64,000 bases of DNA from assembly GCA_019828565.1 (NCBI GenBank), contig JAHDYR010000062.1, positions 1-64,000 of the forward strand, in the 5' to 3' direction. Shown here piece after piece: positions 23,901-35,908 of this stretch. Positions within the stretch are counted from its first letter, which is position 1. Each line of letters starts with the position of its first letter. The position numbers were made by a program, and so were the translations under genes. The stretch is from Carpediemonas membranifera BICM (lineage: Eukaryota; Protista; Fornicata). The notes beneath the pieces were generated by a model that made no database searches, was not told the origin of the DNA, and saw only the letters and a list, made by a program, of their open reading frames with translations.

Positions 23901-25010
23901 ACGCGGGTTTGCACACCGCGGTCGAACATCCCTTCGACCGAGTGGCCATGGACACTATGTCCGCCACCCCGTGCACGGTCGACGGTACGACCTATAAGTA
24001 TGTCCTCGTCGTCATAGACATGTGCTCACGTTGGACTGAGCTGATTCCGCTCCAGACTACCCGAGCGGTCGAGACGTCTAGGGCGTTCGTCAATAACTGG
24101 GTCCTCCGGTATGGCGTACCAAAGGTACTGCAGACGGATGGGGGATCCCACCGTCAACGCGGTCTTTAACGACCTGAGTGCCCGACTCGGGTTCACGACG
24201 AGGAAGACGACGGCTCACCACCCTCAGTCGAATGGTTTAGTTGAGCGAGCGAATGTTTCGGTGAAGTCCATCCTGACAGCGCGTCGTTACCAGTTTAGAT
24301 CCAATGATTGGGTCCACAGCTTACCGATTGCTCAGTACCTTGTTAACTCGACCCCTCGAGTCCCTACTCGACTCTCCCCAGCCGAGATCCTGTATGGTAC
24401 CGAGATGCGGGTGCCGAAGGACATCACCTTCATCGCGCCGAGCGAGACATATATCGTCGACCAACAGGAGGACTGGCTGTCTGAGGCCAAGGCGTACCGG
24501 CTCATGGCTGCCGAGCGTATTAAGAGCAAGCGGTTACTACAACAGTATAGGCCGGACACCCGCGCTACTGTCTCGACTCCCTACGTCCTGGTGGCTTACC
24601 CCGACAGACCTCCCGACAAATTCGCCGCCGGCCTGCGTGGCCCAATGGCACTAGTGTCGGTGCACCAGGAGTACAACAAAGTTGTTGCCTATACTGTGCG
24701 AGACCTTGAATCTCTGAAGCAGTTCAGGGTCGACGCTTCCCGGGTCCTCCCGTTCGATCACGGCGACATGTCCGTGGAGCAAGTTACTCGCTTGGCTAAC
24801 ACTGTTGCGGCCGAGTATATACCGAGCAAGATTGTGAAGTCCCGGCCCGAGTCTGGTCCGGTCGAGAGTCGCGAATACCTGGTCGAGTGGCAGGGCTATG
24901 AGCCAGACGAGGCGTCGTGGGAACCATTCGAGAATGTCGATGGTTGTGACAAGTTTGAAGACTTTCTTGAGCAGAGAGGCTTACACCGTGCTGCGCACTC
25001 CAGGCAGTAA
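20975..25010 (+). CDS. Gag-Pol: 2x CCHC, protease (FDCGA), RT (YIDD), RNase H (TDAS), integrase, chromodomain
   Basis: ORF 20975-24169 continues via one frameshift near 24150 into ORF 24111-25010, which ends in 'EYLVEWQGYEPDEASWEPFEN'. Confidence 0.95.
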
Positions 25011-25029
25011 ACGGATTCTCAGTCAAGAT

Positions 25030-26201
25030 TTATTGATCGTCATCGGATTCGTCGTCAGGACCGTTGATCCAGTCCTCAAGCCCGAAGTCCACCAGGTACT
25101 CGCGGACCACGGTGACCGCAGCAAGGGTTGAGTCCAGACCAGTGCACGTGGGGGCGGTGTAGCCCTCGTACTGCACATGTAGGATGAGGCGACGGTCAGG
25201 GCCAGCGGTCAGGATTTCATGACCTAACACGTCCAGGACGTCATACTCACGCTCAGGGTCAGAGACCTGCAGGGCCAGGCCGAGGCGTTGCGGCAGGGAT
25301 GGGAGCTCGTCCATGAGGCGGAGGTTGGCTACCAGGGCGGCCCAATGGGCTTGGGTCACCGAGAAGTGATCGGAGCGCTCGCCGTGGAGGAACAGACGGT
25401 AGTACTCCGGCGCGAGAGCCAGGACGACCACGCGGTAGAGGGTCTGGCGAGCCATGCTGGAGCCACAGCCGAGTGCACGGCCGAGCGCTGACAGGACCTG
25501 GGGGCTGACGTACTGGTTGGAGGTACCGTCACTCTTCAGGTGGAACACGCCGGCGGAAATGGCGGCGCGGACGATGTCCGAGTCGGTCTGACCCCGGCTG
25601 CCCGAGCGCTCACGGAGGAAGCGCAAGGCGCGGTGCTCCCTCTGGAGCTGCACCAGCAGAGTGGCCGAGATGTCGAGGAGGGCGCCCGCATCCCCGCTCC
25701 AGAGCGTGCCGGTGGATAGATGGTCGAAGATGGCCTCAAGGGGCACCTCAACGAAGTTGACATACCCCGCAAGGCAATCACGCACCACAGCGGACAGCAG
25801 AGGGTCGCGGTGGGTGAAGCAACCCTGCATGGCACCGCCCGCAGGCACCCGACAGAGATCTCTGGCGGAAGTTGCCGGCACTACGATCGAGCTGTGTAAG
25901 AGGACCGGAGGTGCACAAACCGTTTCAGGGGGTTCTTCGACGCATCTCCATAGCGCTTACGGATAGCCTTCTGTCGAAGAGCGCTCAGGGATCGGGCCTT
26001 ATGACGCTGACAACGAGCGATCGTCGCTAAGGCGTTATCGAGTACCTTACGGTAATCAGCATCGGCTAATTCGCCTGAAAGCTCGCGAATCTTATCGAGG
26101 GCGCGCGTATCCTCCATGTTTGGCCGCTTTTTCTCAGGAAAAAGCGACATATCCTGCACTTTTCCCGAAAGACGATGGGAAGTGCCCATAATGATCCCCA
26201 T
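25030..26201 (-). CDS. Antisense cargo gene of element A; 29-nt intron (25892-25920); C-terminal chromo-like domain
   Basis: Removing intron GTTTGT..TTACACAG fuses the 106-aa and 283-aa ORFs in frame. 'EYDVLDVLGH..LILHVQYEGY' is chromo-like. Homolog with the same intron at 41.8-42.6 kb. Confidence 0.75.
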
Positions 26202-27311
26202 GATAGACCATTCTCAATATTTATACCTCAAACACAGTCCACGAGACTTCTGTCGTCCGTGGAGCAGTGTTACTGATGTTGATTAGGTTTCGATGCAGCG
26301 CAGAACAAAAAGAGCCAGAACTCGCCAACGAAGCCGAATTGGGGCCTCAAAACCCCTTTTTCGGGCGCTGTGTAAGAATGGGGCGGATCAGCCTAACGTA
26401 CTACGGAACTTTCAGTATGAGCGATGGCGAAATGCCTAAAAATGCTCGGGGCGAGAATTCCCGAGCCGAGCGCGAGCCCCAGAGTGCCCGCGAGGGGGCG
26501 GGGCTGTGGTACGTCCTTTTTATACTTATACAGGAGCTCCTGAACCCATATCTTAATTAGCAGCGCTGCATAGATCTTTTCCGAATCTTTTTGATATCAT
26601 CCTCGAATCTTTCTGTCACACCTTACTACGCGTAATACCTCACTGGGAGGTTGCAATGAGACGTAATTCCAGAAGTTGGTTGTCGTTGTCCCGCCGATAA
26701 TTCCAATAGTGGTTCGGCATGAGCGAGCGTAATCCCAAGATCGATTGGTGGCTCTAGCCCCACGTAATGCCAGATGTTGGTCGTGGTGATGGCCGCGCGA
26801 CTGCTTGGCCATGGGGGGGAAGTGTAGTCAATAATAGTATCTACCAATATCCCCGGGAGGGTCCAAACCTCTTTTTACTTGTAAAACCTATCTCTTCCAA
26901 GACTACAGGAGATTCAAGAGAATGTGATTGATGAGGAGCGCTCAGAGAGCGATACTGCCAACAGTATCGTCTTTTCCTTCATCTGACATTGTAAAGAGGA
27001 AGAGTTTATGATTGGAGCATAGCTGATGTCCATAAACACCATTCATAAGCCAGTCCTGTCTTGTTTTCCACTGCTACTTCTCTCGTTGCGACGCACAGCT
27101 AGCTGTCGCGAAATGCACTTTAAGACCGAATTTCACACAGCTACCTGTGCATGGTGTTTGAGCTAGATAGCGACAAGCTGGAGCGACTTACTTCCTTACC
27201 TGGTAATATTGCTTTTTTCACCTTAAATCAACCACGAGCTTGTTTATTTTGATTCCTGAATTAAGCAATCAAACACTGTGTTTTGAGTGCTGAAAACAGG
27301 TGAATTGAGCG

Positions 27312-28043
27312 ATGGACGATGAGGGAACGGATGTTACTATTAAGGTGAAGAAGTCTCGTAACAAGGTACTTTGCACGTTTATAGTGCAGATGAAGCAAGA
27401 GTGGACAGCTATGGAAGCCTTCGTGCGTGATATTCGCAACTTGGTCAGCGAAAAGGGGTATAACATTGCAGAGAGCGTTGCAAAGCAGAGAATTCAGGTA
27501 CGTTACAAGCTTCCCAATGATAAGGTCTTCTTAGAAGACATTACTATGGCTGCCTGGAGCAAGTTCACCAGATGCAGCAAGCCTGAGGCATATGTGTGGA
27601 CTGCTGACCCCAACAAGACCACAGCTTCATCTCAACCTGTCCACCAACCGCGAAACGCACTCGTCGGCCGAGAGGCTTTGCATGAAGCCCGCGAGATCCT
27701 TCGTGCTGCCAATCCTGGCCTGACCGAATCTCAGCTGATGGGTTGGGCTCACTCCCTGGCGTCAGGAGTTGACGGAGTCACTGCCCTTGATCCACCGGCT
27801 GGCGTTCAATACGAGCGGCCACAAGCGAGCCAAGAGCTTGCAGAGACACCTCAGCATCCTAGACGGCCTCCCAACTTCGACTTGGATGCGTATGTCCTCG
27901 TTCCAGTCCCCTATGAGCGTGTAACTGAAGTCCGAGCACTACTGAGACGCGCCCAGACAACTCCAGCTCCGGTCAGTCGTCCCCCGCCGCCTATCATGCC
28001 CAACAGCCTCAACATTCCCGACTACGAGCACCAGGAAGACTGA
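27312..28043 (+). CDS. Hypothetical 243-aa protein convergent with the IS630/Tc1 transposase
   Basis: Intact ATG-initiated ORF; its stop lies 9 bp from the transposase stop. Confidence 0.65.
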   Translation: MDDEGTDVTIKVKKSRNKVLCTFIVQMKQEWTAMEAFVRDIRNLVSEKGYNIAESVAKQRIQVRYKLPNDKVFLEDITMAAWSKFTRCSKPEAYVWTADPNKTTASSQPVHQPRNALVGREALHEAREILRAANPGLTESQLMGWAHSLASGVDGVTALDPPAGVQYERPQASQELAETPQHPRRPPNFDLDAYVLVPVPYERVTEVRALLRRAQTTPAPVSRPPPPIMPNSLNIPDYEHQED

Positions 28044-28992
28044 ATAAAGCGTTTATCTGAAGTGTATGTCCAGCTGCCCGTCGTGGTAGCCATGGGAGCT
28101 GAAGAGGTGTGATTGACTGTTGGTCACTTCAGCGAAGAGCCTGCTCAGTGTGGATGCTGGAGCTTGAGCAAAAGCAGCTTGATCTCTCTGTATGCGAGAC
28201 TTGATGATGGAGAACATGACCTCTATGGGATTAAGGTGCGGACTGTATGGGGGCAGAAAGATCATCTTGGCGCCAATGTTGTCGATACATTGCTGCAACT
28301 GAGGAAAGTGGTGAATTGAGGCGTTGTCGAGCATTAAGATCGACCGTGGCCCAGGCCATGGATTCATTTTGTAATACACATTGGCGATAAAGGAGTCGTA
28401 GAATAGCTGCCTGTCGAATGTCCCTGGCGTTATTGTATGCCCTAGTATGCCGTCATGACCCAGCCATGCGCACACACTATACCTCTGGCCGCGGGAGAAA
28501 GGCAGAGTGACTTTGCATCTCTGGCCAACAGTGGCCCAGCCGCGAAGCCTAATCCCAGCACGAAGGTCTTTTTGCCGTCTCGTCAGCAAATATAAGCTGA
28601 TCCTGACAGTGGTAAACGGCGTTGAGCTCGGCACTAAACCGGGCAAACTGCATGCTTGTTGCTTGTGTGGCTCGTCTTTCGAGGCTCTTCTGTGTCATGT
28701 TCAAGCTGAAGCGTAGTATGCGCCACACTGTGGCGGTGGAGATCTTTCGGTTGAACTTGTGAACGATCTTATCTCGAAGCTCGTCCAAATAGAAACAGGG
28801 ATCTGATCTAATCAGCTCTGTAAGGTAAACAATGACTTCCATCGGTACTTGAGGCTTTCGCTTGTCTCTGTCAGTATGACGAACACTTCCTGTCTTTTCA
28901 GCTCGTGAAACCCATTGGCTGATAGTTGTATGGCTCTGAATGTGCATAACTAAGGCTATTTCTCGAAAGGACCATCCATATATGGTGGCTAG

Positions 28993-31900
28993 TGTGCCGT
29001 GCTAGGGCCCAGAAATATGATAAAGACTGTTTTACGAATTCCGCAGGTTAAGGGCACACTTCCCTCCCAATGCGTGTCGCACGACTAACGGCGACCGCTC
29101 CTGCGGAACTTCTTCTTAGCACTCTCAAACATCGGCTTGAGACCAGGATTGAGCTCGAGATAACTGTCGATAGCCTCGAGCTGGTCGTAGTAGCGATTAT
29201 AGGGGATGTATGAGTCCTCGTCGGGGGTGAGGCCTTCCCAACGGATCAGTAGCTCCAGAGAGCCGTTCTTCTTCTTACGGTGGCCTACGACTGCCTCCAC
29301 GGGTTGTTCATCTTGCTCGTAGGCGGCAATTTCCTCGAGCTCCTTCTCCGTGAGGCCGTCGGCGTGGAATGTGACGAGTCGGTCTGCGTGGACTGTGGCG
29401 ACGCACTTCGACACGAGATCCATCACCTTGTAGGTGTTGGGGTGATCGCCCTTCCCCTCCATGCGGAGCGGTCCGCGCAGAGGCGGGAGTAGCTTGGTCG
29501 GCGGCTTGCCCGGGTATCTCAGCAGGACGTAGGTTTCGTTCTCCCAGGCCCGTGTGCTGTCCGAGGAGCCTGCAGCCTTGTTTACCTCGTAGGCTTTGAC
29601 CTTGATCGCGGCAAGTTGTTGGAGCGACGTGACGTGGGCCTGGAAGCGGACGATGTCGTCGGCTTCGACTGAGCCCGGCTCGAGCATCTGGGTTGCGTTG
29701 GTCAGGGCGTCGGGCGCGACGCGCAGCATGGTTGACTTGCGTCCGAACAATAGTTCGAAGGGGCTGAGGCCTGTGGTGGAGTGGCGGGTGGCGTTGATAA
29801 CGTGCTGGGCGATGGGCAGGTATGCGGGCCAGTTGTCGTCGCGGGCGTCCAGCAGGAGCGCTCTTAAGCGTCTCATGACGGTACCATTCAGGCGTTCGAC
29901 TACGCCGTTGCTGGCCGGATGATATGCCGTACTGAACCGGTGCTTGAGGCTCAGTCGCTCGTTCATCTCCTCGACTAGGGCATTCCTGAACTGTGTACCT
30001 TGGTCAGACTGGAGCTCGGCCGGGACGCCGAAAGTCGCCCAGATCTCCAGCAATGCGGCTGCTGCCTCGGCTGCGCTCGTTGACCGTGTGGGCTTCAATA
30101 TGGTGAACTTCGAGAACACGTCCACCACCGTGATGACGTACTTGAGACCGTCTCTCTCGGGCAAAGGGCCAATGGTGTCCACCTGCACCGTCTCGAATGG
30201 GCGGATGCGCTGAGTAGAGTGCCACTTGATCGGCTCCTTGCGGGCTGGCTTTGTCTTGCGACAGATTGGACACTGGCGTAAGGTCGCGCGGACGTCATCC
30301 GACATGCCTGGCCACGTGACACCGGACTGCTTCAGATTGGCGATGGTCTGGTCTGGGCCGACGTGGCCCTGTGCACCGGCGTGCGCCCTGGTGATCTGCT
30401 CTTGGCGCGTCGTGGTGACGTGGTCGATCGAGCGGCGCACCTCGTTCTTGCGCTGAGATGATGGCCGCGACAGTGCGTCGGCTACGAGGTTCTGCGCTCC
30501 AGCTATGTGTGTGACGTTATACGGATACTCTGTCATGGTGAGTCGCCATCGTGTCAGTTTCTTAGTGCCGTCCTCGTCTGTCTTCCTGAGTAGCCATATC
30601 AGATTACGATGGTCCGTGCGAAGCTCGAACGGCTTCAGCTTGAAGAGGGGGGAAAACTCTGGTCGCGTTACACAATAGACAATGGCGAAAAGCTCCTGTT
30701 CCACCGTGGACCACCGTTGCTGGGTCTCGTCGAGGGTCTTGCTGTAGAAGGCGAGTGGGACCTTCTCGTCACCCTCGCTCTGCCACAGTACACCACCGAT
30801 GGCGGTCGACGATGCGTCGGTCTCGAGAGTCCACTTTGCACTCAGGTCTGGGAGCGCGAGGGCGGTGTGCTCGGCTACTAGGGTCTTCATACGGGCGAAT
30901 GCTTCGTCCTCAGTGGCAGTCCAATCGAGGGGGCCGACTTCTGCGGCGATCCCTTTAGGAGGGCGTTGAGCGGGGCTGATGCGTGGGCGAGGTGTGGGAT
31001 ATAGTTTGACAGATAGTTGAACTTGCCTAGCGTGCGGCGCAGCTCCGTTGTCGTCGTTGGGGGTGTGAGGTCCTGGATGGCTGCGATACGTGAGGGGAAA
31101 CCGACCTGCCAGACTCGTTGACTATAAACCCACAGACTTCAACCTCCTTCATGCCAATGGCACACTTGTCGGCGCGGAGTTTGATATCGTAAGCTTCCAA
31201 CTGGTCGAAGATCTGGGTGAGGGTCGACTTGAAATCCTGAATGGAGCGGGCGTACGCAAAGATATCGTCGATATAGGCTCTCGAACCGTCGATACCAGCG
31301 AGCATCTCGTCCATGGCTCGCTGGAACTTTGCTGGGGCGTTCTTCAGCCCGAATGGTGTACGTAAGAACTCGTAATGCCCGCCCGGGACGGTGAATGCGG
31401 TGAGCGGGATGCTATCGGTTGCCATGTTCTGCTGCCAGTATCCGCTGCGCAGGTCGAGCGCCGCGAACACGGAGCATCCGCTCGCCTCGTGTACAAAACG
31501 ATCGGATGTCCGGCGTGGGGTACAGGTCGTCGATGGTGGCGTTGTTCAAGACGTTGTAAGCGATGCAGAAGCGGTCTTCGCCGCTCTTCTTCTTTGCCAT
31601 GACGTGCGGGCTAGAGTGCGGACTTTGACTCTCTCGGATCACGCCCTGGTTGAGCATCTTGTCGATCTCCGCGAGGGCTGAGTTTCCCGGGTCACCCTTC
31701 AACGGCCTGGGTCGGGCCCTGGGTGTAGGGCGGCTTGGATCGACGACGATCTCGTGTGGCGGCATCCTGCTGCCATCCGGAGGTAGAGGGCCAAACACGA
31801 CCTTGCGCTCGCGAAGGAAGTCGGTCAGCCAGGCAGCCAGCTCCGGGTTCTCTTCGGTCGGCAGCTTAACCTTGCGCCACTCTTCCTCGGGGTCGACTTC

Positions 31901-33910
31901 TTCTGTTGTCGAGTCGAGGTAGGGGTGCTGTCCCAGGCCGTCGTCGTCATCGATCGGGTCAGCGGACGGTATTAGTAGCCGGTCGTTCAGCAGGAAGCCG
32001 AGGCGGCGGAGCAAATCGCGTCCAATGAGGACCTTCTTCCTCTGGCCCTTCGTGACCATGAGCAATGCAGTGGTGGTCACGGTCTTTCCGTCGACACTGG
32101 GGAGGGTCAGCGAGACCTTGGCGGCTTTGCCAGTGGAGATGATATCGTCCCCAGCGCCGAGAAGTTCGACTGAGGTCGGTATCAGGGTCACGTCGGGGAT
32201 CGCTGCGAGGGCAGGGGCTGATATGACCGACGTGCAAGCGCCGATGTCGAACTTGACGTTCATGTGCTGGCCGTTGATAACAGCCGGGACCTTCACCGGG
32301 TCCTTGTCGAGTATGATGTCCTCGATCTCGTAGACTTCGTTCTCCAACTCCGAATGAGACGCTTCATCCGCGTCAAACACCTCATCGACGCGGCGGGGGT
32401 TCTTCAGGGTAGACGAGGGGCGGAGGTCCATGCGGCCGGCCCGGCGATCCGACTGTTGGTGACTGGTGGGCGCCACAGGGCGTGCGCGGTTGCCGGGCTG
32501 CTTTTGCCGCTCTTCGGGTCTGCGTTCCTGACGCTTCTCGGTCTGTGGCTGGCGTTCTTGGGCCTTGTAAGCCTCCCGTCTGATGAGGAACCTGCAGTCC
32601 TTCGTCTCGTGGTGCGGGTTCCAGCCATGCTGTGTGCAGTATCTCGTGTGGGAAGGAGGCATGCGGAACTTGGTCTTGTCCCTGAACTGCTGGAACGGAT
32701 CGCGACCATCGAGCCTGCGAGCGAGCGGCTTCCTGCCTGAAGTGCCCGACGCCTGCTCGTTGTTGTCGGCTTGTGGGCTGGCGAGTCTGAAGGCACGCCA
32801 TGGGATAATGATGTTCTCGTCGTGATCAACATCCAAGTCGCGTAGTTTGTCGAGAAATTCGCTGATCTTGTCGGAGTAGTCCTCAATCTCTTCTTCGTAT
32901 ACATCCTCGGCTTCTTTGGAGAAACCTCTAGTGGCGAAGTCCCGAATGATCCGCTCGAGCAGTTTTGCGGAGATGGTGGGGACGTCCTTGATGTCTGGGT
33001 TGAGGGCGCTTATGAGCTTACGTGCCTTCTCGACGGCCGTTCGGTGCCGGGGCTCCGGACCGTATAGCGTGATGTTGTCGAGCTTTGCCTTGAGGAGCTT
33101 GGCTCTTGCGCCCGGGTCCGTACTAGTCAAGAGGGTATATGCGAGGTAGGGGGCGATGGAGGTCGCCTCCTTGGCGAGGAAAGCGTAGACGTCCCCGCCA
33201 TCGAAGACTGGCCAAGCCGCCGAGGAGGGGGCGGGCTTGGTCTCCTCGGGCACTGGGGGCATGTACACGAACGCCACCGAGACGTCTTCGCCGTCCGGGC
33301 CGGTCAGGTTGCCAGGCCGTGCGACTGTCTCGACGTTTGCGATGTCGTGGTCGTCGGTCAGCTGGGTGAAGAAGTCGCGGGCCTTCTTGCCGCAGTCAGT
33401 CAGTATCTGGGGATGTTGAGCTTCAAGGCACTCCCGGGTCATTGCTGTCAGGGTGGGGTCCTTGTGCTTAGCTGCACACTCGCTACAGGCGGCGAACGTG
33501 GCTTTTCTTATGGTCTTCTGTACCTCCTCTACCCAGATGGCGGTGAGGTTGTCGGTCTTCGTTGTACGGGCTCGTGCCGCAGTACTGGCAGAGCTTGTGT
33601 TCGCCGCGCGGCGAGCATCGGAATCGGACAGAACGGTTCGTTGTAGGTCCTCGAAAGTGTCAAAAAGAGTGGTTGGGCGCCACTGGGCGCGAAGTTTTTC
33701 TGTTGTCTCGGGGGACAATGCCCTAAAGAACGAAATTGGATTCTTCTCGTGGGGCATCGCCGAGAGGTACTCCTGGAGTGCTCTCTCGACGGCGAACGGG
33801 GTGTCAATTGTAAGAGTCTTCATTTGAATCGGCAGTATCGATACTGTGCCGTGCTAGGGCCCAGAAATATGATAAAGACTGTTTTACGAATTCCGCAGGT
33901 TAAGGGCACA
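28993..33910 (-). mobile_element. Full-length Ty3/gypsy chromovirus-like LTR retrotransposon B
   Basis: Identical 66-bp LTRs at 28993-29058 and 33845-33910 (TGTGCC..GGCACA). TSD CTAG. PPT GGGAGGGAAG on the - strand. Confidence 0.95.
29085..33823 (-). CDS. Gag-Pol of element B (protease FDIGA, RT YIDD, RNase H, integrase, chromodomain); about 3 frameshifts
   Basis: ORFs 31412-33823, 31027-31470 and 29085-30890. CxxH..H..C knuckle variant; 'LLIRWEGLTPDEDSYIP' chromodomain. Confidence 0.92.
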
Positions 33911-34099
33911 CTAGAAACACACAGCGCCACCTTAGGTCTTCAGAATACATTGCGCAAAGCTGACTTTTGAGCGAAAATCAACCGAATTAAGCGCTTAAAA
34001 CGGTTGATTTTAGCTAAAAATTCATCTGTTTTTACTTAATTCAGCTCATAAAAATCTGAACAGTGGTCGATTTTCCCTGAATTTAGCAATAGTAGACAA

Positions 34100-35332
34100 T
34101 ATCTGCACGACTTTGAACCTGAAAAGCTGCAGGTTGTGATCAAAGTTGATGAGCATTATGGTATGGAGGTTCCCACCCTGCTAGCGCTCAAGGACAGTCC
34201 GCATGTCCTCCCTGTCGTCGATACAGGTTTTGTCGACCGTGATCCAGCCTTCATGGCTCCTTTGGTCAACTGTACCCCCTTCGCTGGCATCTGCAAGGCT
34301 CACTCCAGCGTGCAGTTCCGCTATGTTTCGCATCTGCTGCAGGCAGTATGCTACATGCATGACCACGGGGTTGTCCATTGCGATATTAAGCCAGACAACT
34401 TCCTCTTCAGCAAGAGTCAGAAGGGATACCTCATTGATTTTGGGTCTGCAATGAGGAAGCCGGCTAATGGCGACGACAGGTGGGCCATACAACTGAGATT
34501 CGCATCCGAGTATCGCGGCACCCATGGATATTTGCCCCCAGAGCTTTTCTACGAGTACCTTGTCTCGCGCTCAGTGATTCCTGCTGCACGCGACACCTCC
34601 AAGCTCGCGCGCATGACGGCAGGGGCTCTTTCCGTCACTTCTTATGTCGTGACACCTGCATCGGACATTTACTCTTGCGGTATTGTCATTATGATGCTCG
34701 TTAACGGTCTCTCTAAGTCCCCCTTTGCCGCGAAGATGACTGAGAAGGGTCAACAACATATTGACCAGCGGAAGACGTCCAAGATTCGGAAGCTCGGTAA
34801 CTTGCTGAACTGGTGTCACTTCTATGGTGGACAGTTGCAGTTATCACCTCAGGCACAGAAACATTTCAAAGATTGCCTCGAGTGTGTCAACGTGAACTCT
34901 GAGCTCCCGATTCGCGGCACCACGCCACCTACTTGTCTCAGCCTGTACGACCTGGCAATGCAGATGCTCCACTTCGACCCTGCGAAGCGTCCCACTGCTG
35001 CCGAATGTCTTGAAAAGCTCAAGGTCATCATGCGCGTGCATGAATGCGTCGCCAAGCCGAGTCCGCTTCTGTTAGATGATACAGAAGAGGTCACCCTGTC
35101 TGCAGCTCAGCGAAAGAGACTGACCGACTGCTGTCAGCGAGGGTTTGAGGGTCAAGTCTTCTATCGGCGCTGCATAGTGTGTGGTAAAGACCTTCATGGA
35201 CGCGAGAACGTCAGCTGTGACACATGCCACAGGGGATACAGGCAGGTGAGCACCAATAAGTGCGCAAAAGGTGTGCGCGGAAGACTGCACAGGCAGTTTA
35301 TTGCAATGATTGAGCGGACGAAAAGAGATTGA
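34100..35332 (+). CDS. Ser/Thr protein kinase (CDC7/CMGC-like motifs), N-terminus apparently truncated; Cys-rich tail
   Basis: VVIK, HCDIKPDNFL, IDFG, GTHGYLPPE, DIYSCG and FDPAKRPTA are present. No Gly-rich loop or upstream ATG is visible. Confidence 0.8.
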   Translation, partial: YLHDFEPEKLQVVIKVDEHYGMEVPTLLALKDSPHVLPVVDTGFVDRDPAFMAPLVNCTPFAGICKAHSSVQFRYVSHLLQAVCYMHDHGVVHCDIKPDNFLFSKSQKGYLIDFGSAMRKPANGDDRWAIQLRFASEYRGTHGYLPPELFYEYLVSRSVIPAARDTSKLARMTAGALSVTSYVVTPASDIYSCGIVIMMLVNGLSKSPFAAKMTEKGQQHIDQRKTSKIRKLGNLLNWCHFYGGQLQLSPQAQKHFKDCLECVNVNSELPIRGTTPPTCLSLYDLAMQMLHFDPAKRPTAAECLEKLKVIMRVHECVAKPSPLLLDDTEEVTLSAAQRKRLTDCCQRGFEGQVFYRRCIVCGKDLHGRENVSCDTCHRGYRQVSTNKCAKGVRGRLHRQFIAMIERTKRD

Positions 35333-35440
35333 TACTTTCTGTGATGCAGGAATGAGATCAATGCTGCTGACAGGTCTCGAGATGGCAGAGGTGCTGGAGA
35401 AGAGAGAGCAGAAACAGAATCAGAAGTAAATGTCCTAAGG

Positions 35441-35908
35441 AGATGAAACAGAAGTAGCAAGCAATGTTTAATAACGTATGAACAGTCCTTTTGATGTTGT
35501 TTAGTGATTTTGTGCATTAACGACCGAGAACAGTGGAGTGCAACGCAGATGTTGGTTATTGATGGTAGATGGCGCGCTTTTGACGACAGCTGGTTGCTTT
35601 TGCAGTATAAAAAACCGCATAGCTGCCACTAGTTCCTTCCAATAATGCTTTCCCGCCATTTTGAGGTTGGAATGAAATTCCAAGCACCGTGCACTTTATG
35701 TAATTGCCCAATATCAACGCCACCCCCGCCCCCAGCGCCTCCACGCCCCACGCCAACGCCACCTCCGCCCCCTGGCGCTCAGTTCAGGAGATGTCCGATC
35801 GATAAGCCATAAACTGCACGGATCCACAAACGTGGATTGGCCTGAACGACAGCGCTGAGGCCCAAATAGGTGGTGAGACATTAAAAAGACTCATTTGCAA
35901 TCCATTTA
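35441..35908. repeat. 468-bp direct repeat, copy 1
   Basis: Near-identical to 37254-37721. Confidence 0.95.

Larger units (their letters stand above)
20873..26907 (+). mobile_element. Full-length Ty3/gypsy chromovirus-like LTR retrotransposon A
   Basis: 85-bp LTRs at 20873-20957 and 26823-26907 (TGTAGTC..GACTACA, 2 mismatches). 4-bp TSD GGAG. PPT GGGGGGGAAG before the 3' LTR. Confidence 0.95.
28053..33950 (-). pseudogene. IS630/Tc1-like DD34E transposase interrupted by LTR element B
   Basis: Removing element B and one TSD copy rebuilds MYSEDLRWRCVFL|ATIYGWSFREIA (start 33950). HTH region; 'FADET', 'LDNASIH' and 'LPPYSPHLNPIE' (D34E). One extra frameshift near 28570. Confidence 0.9.
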
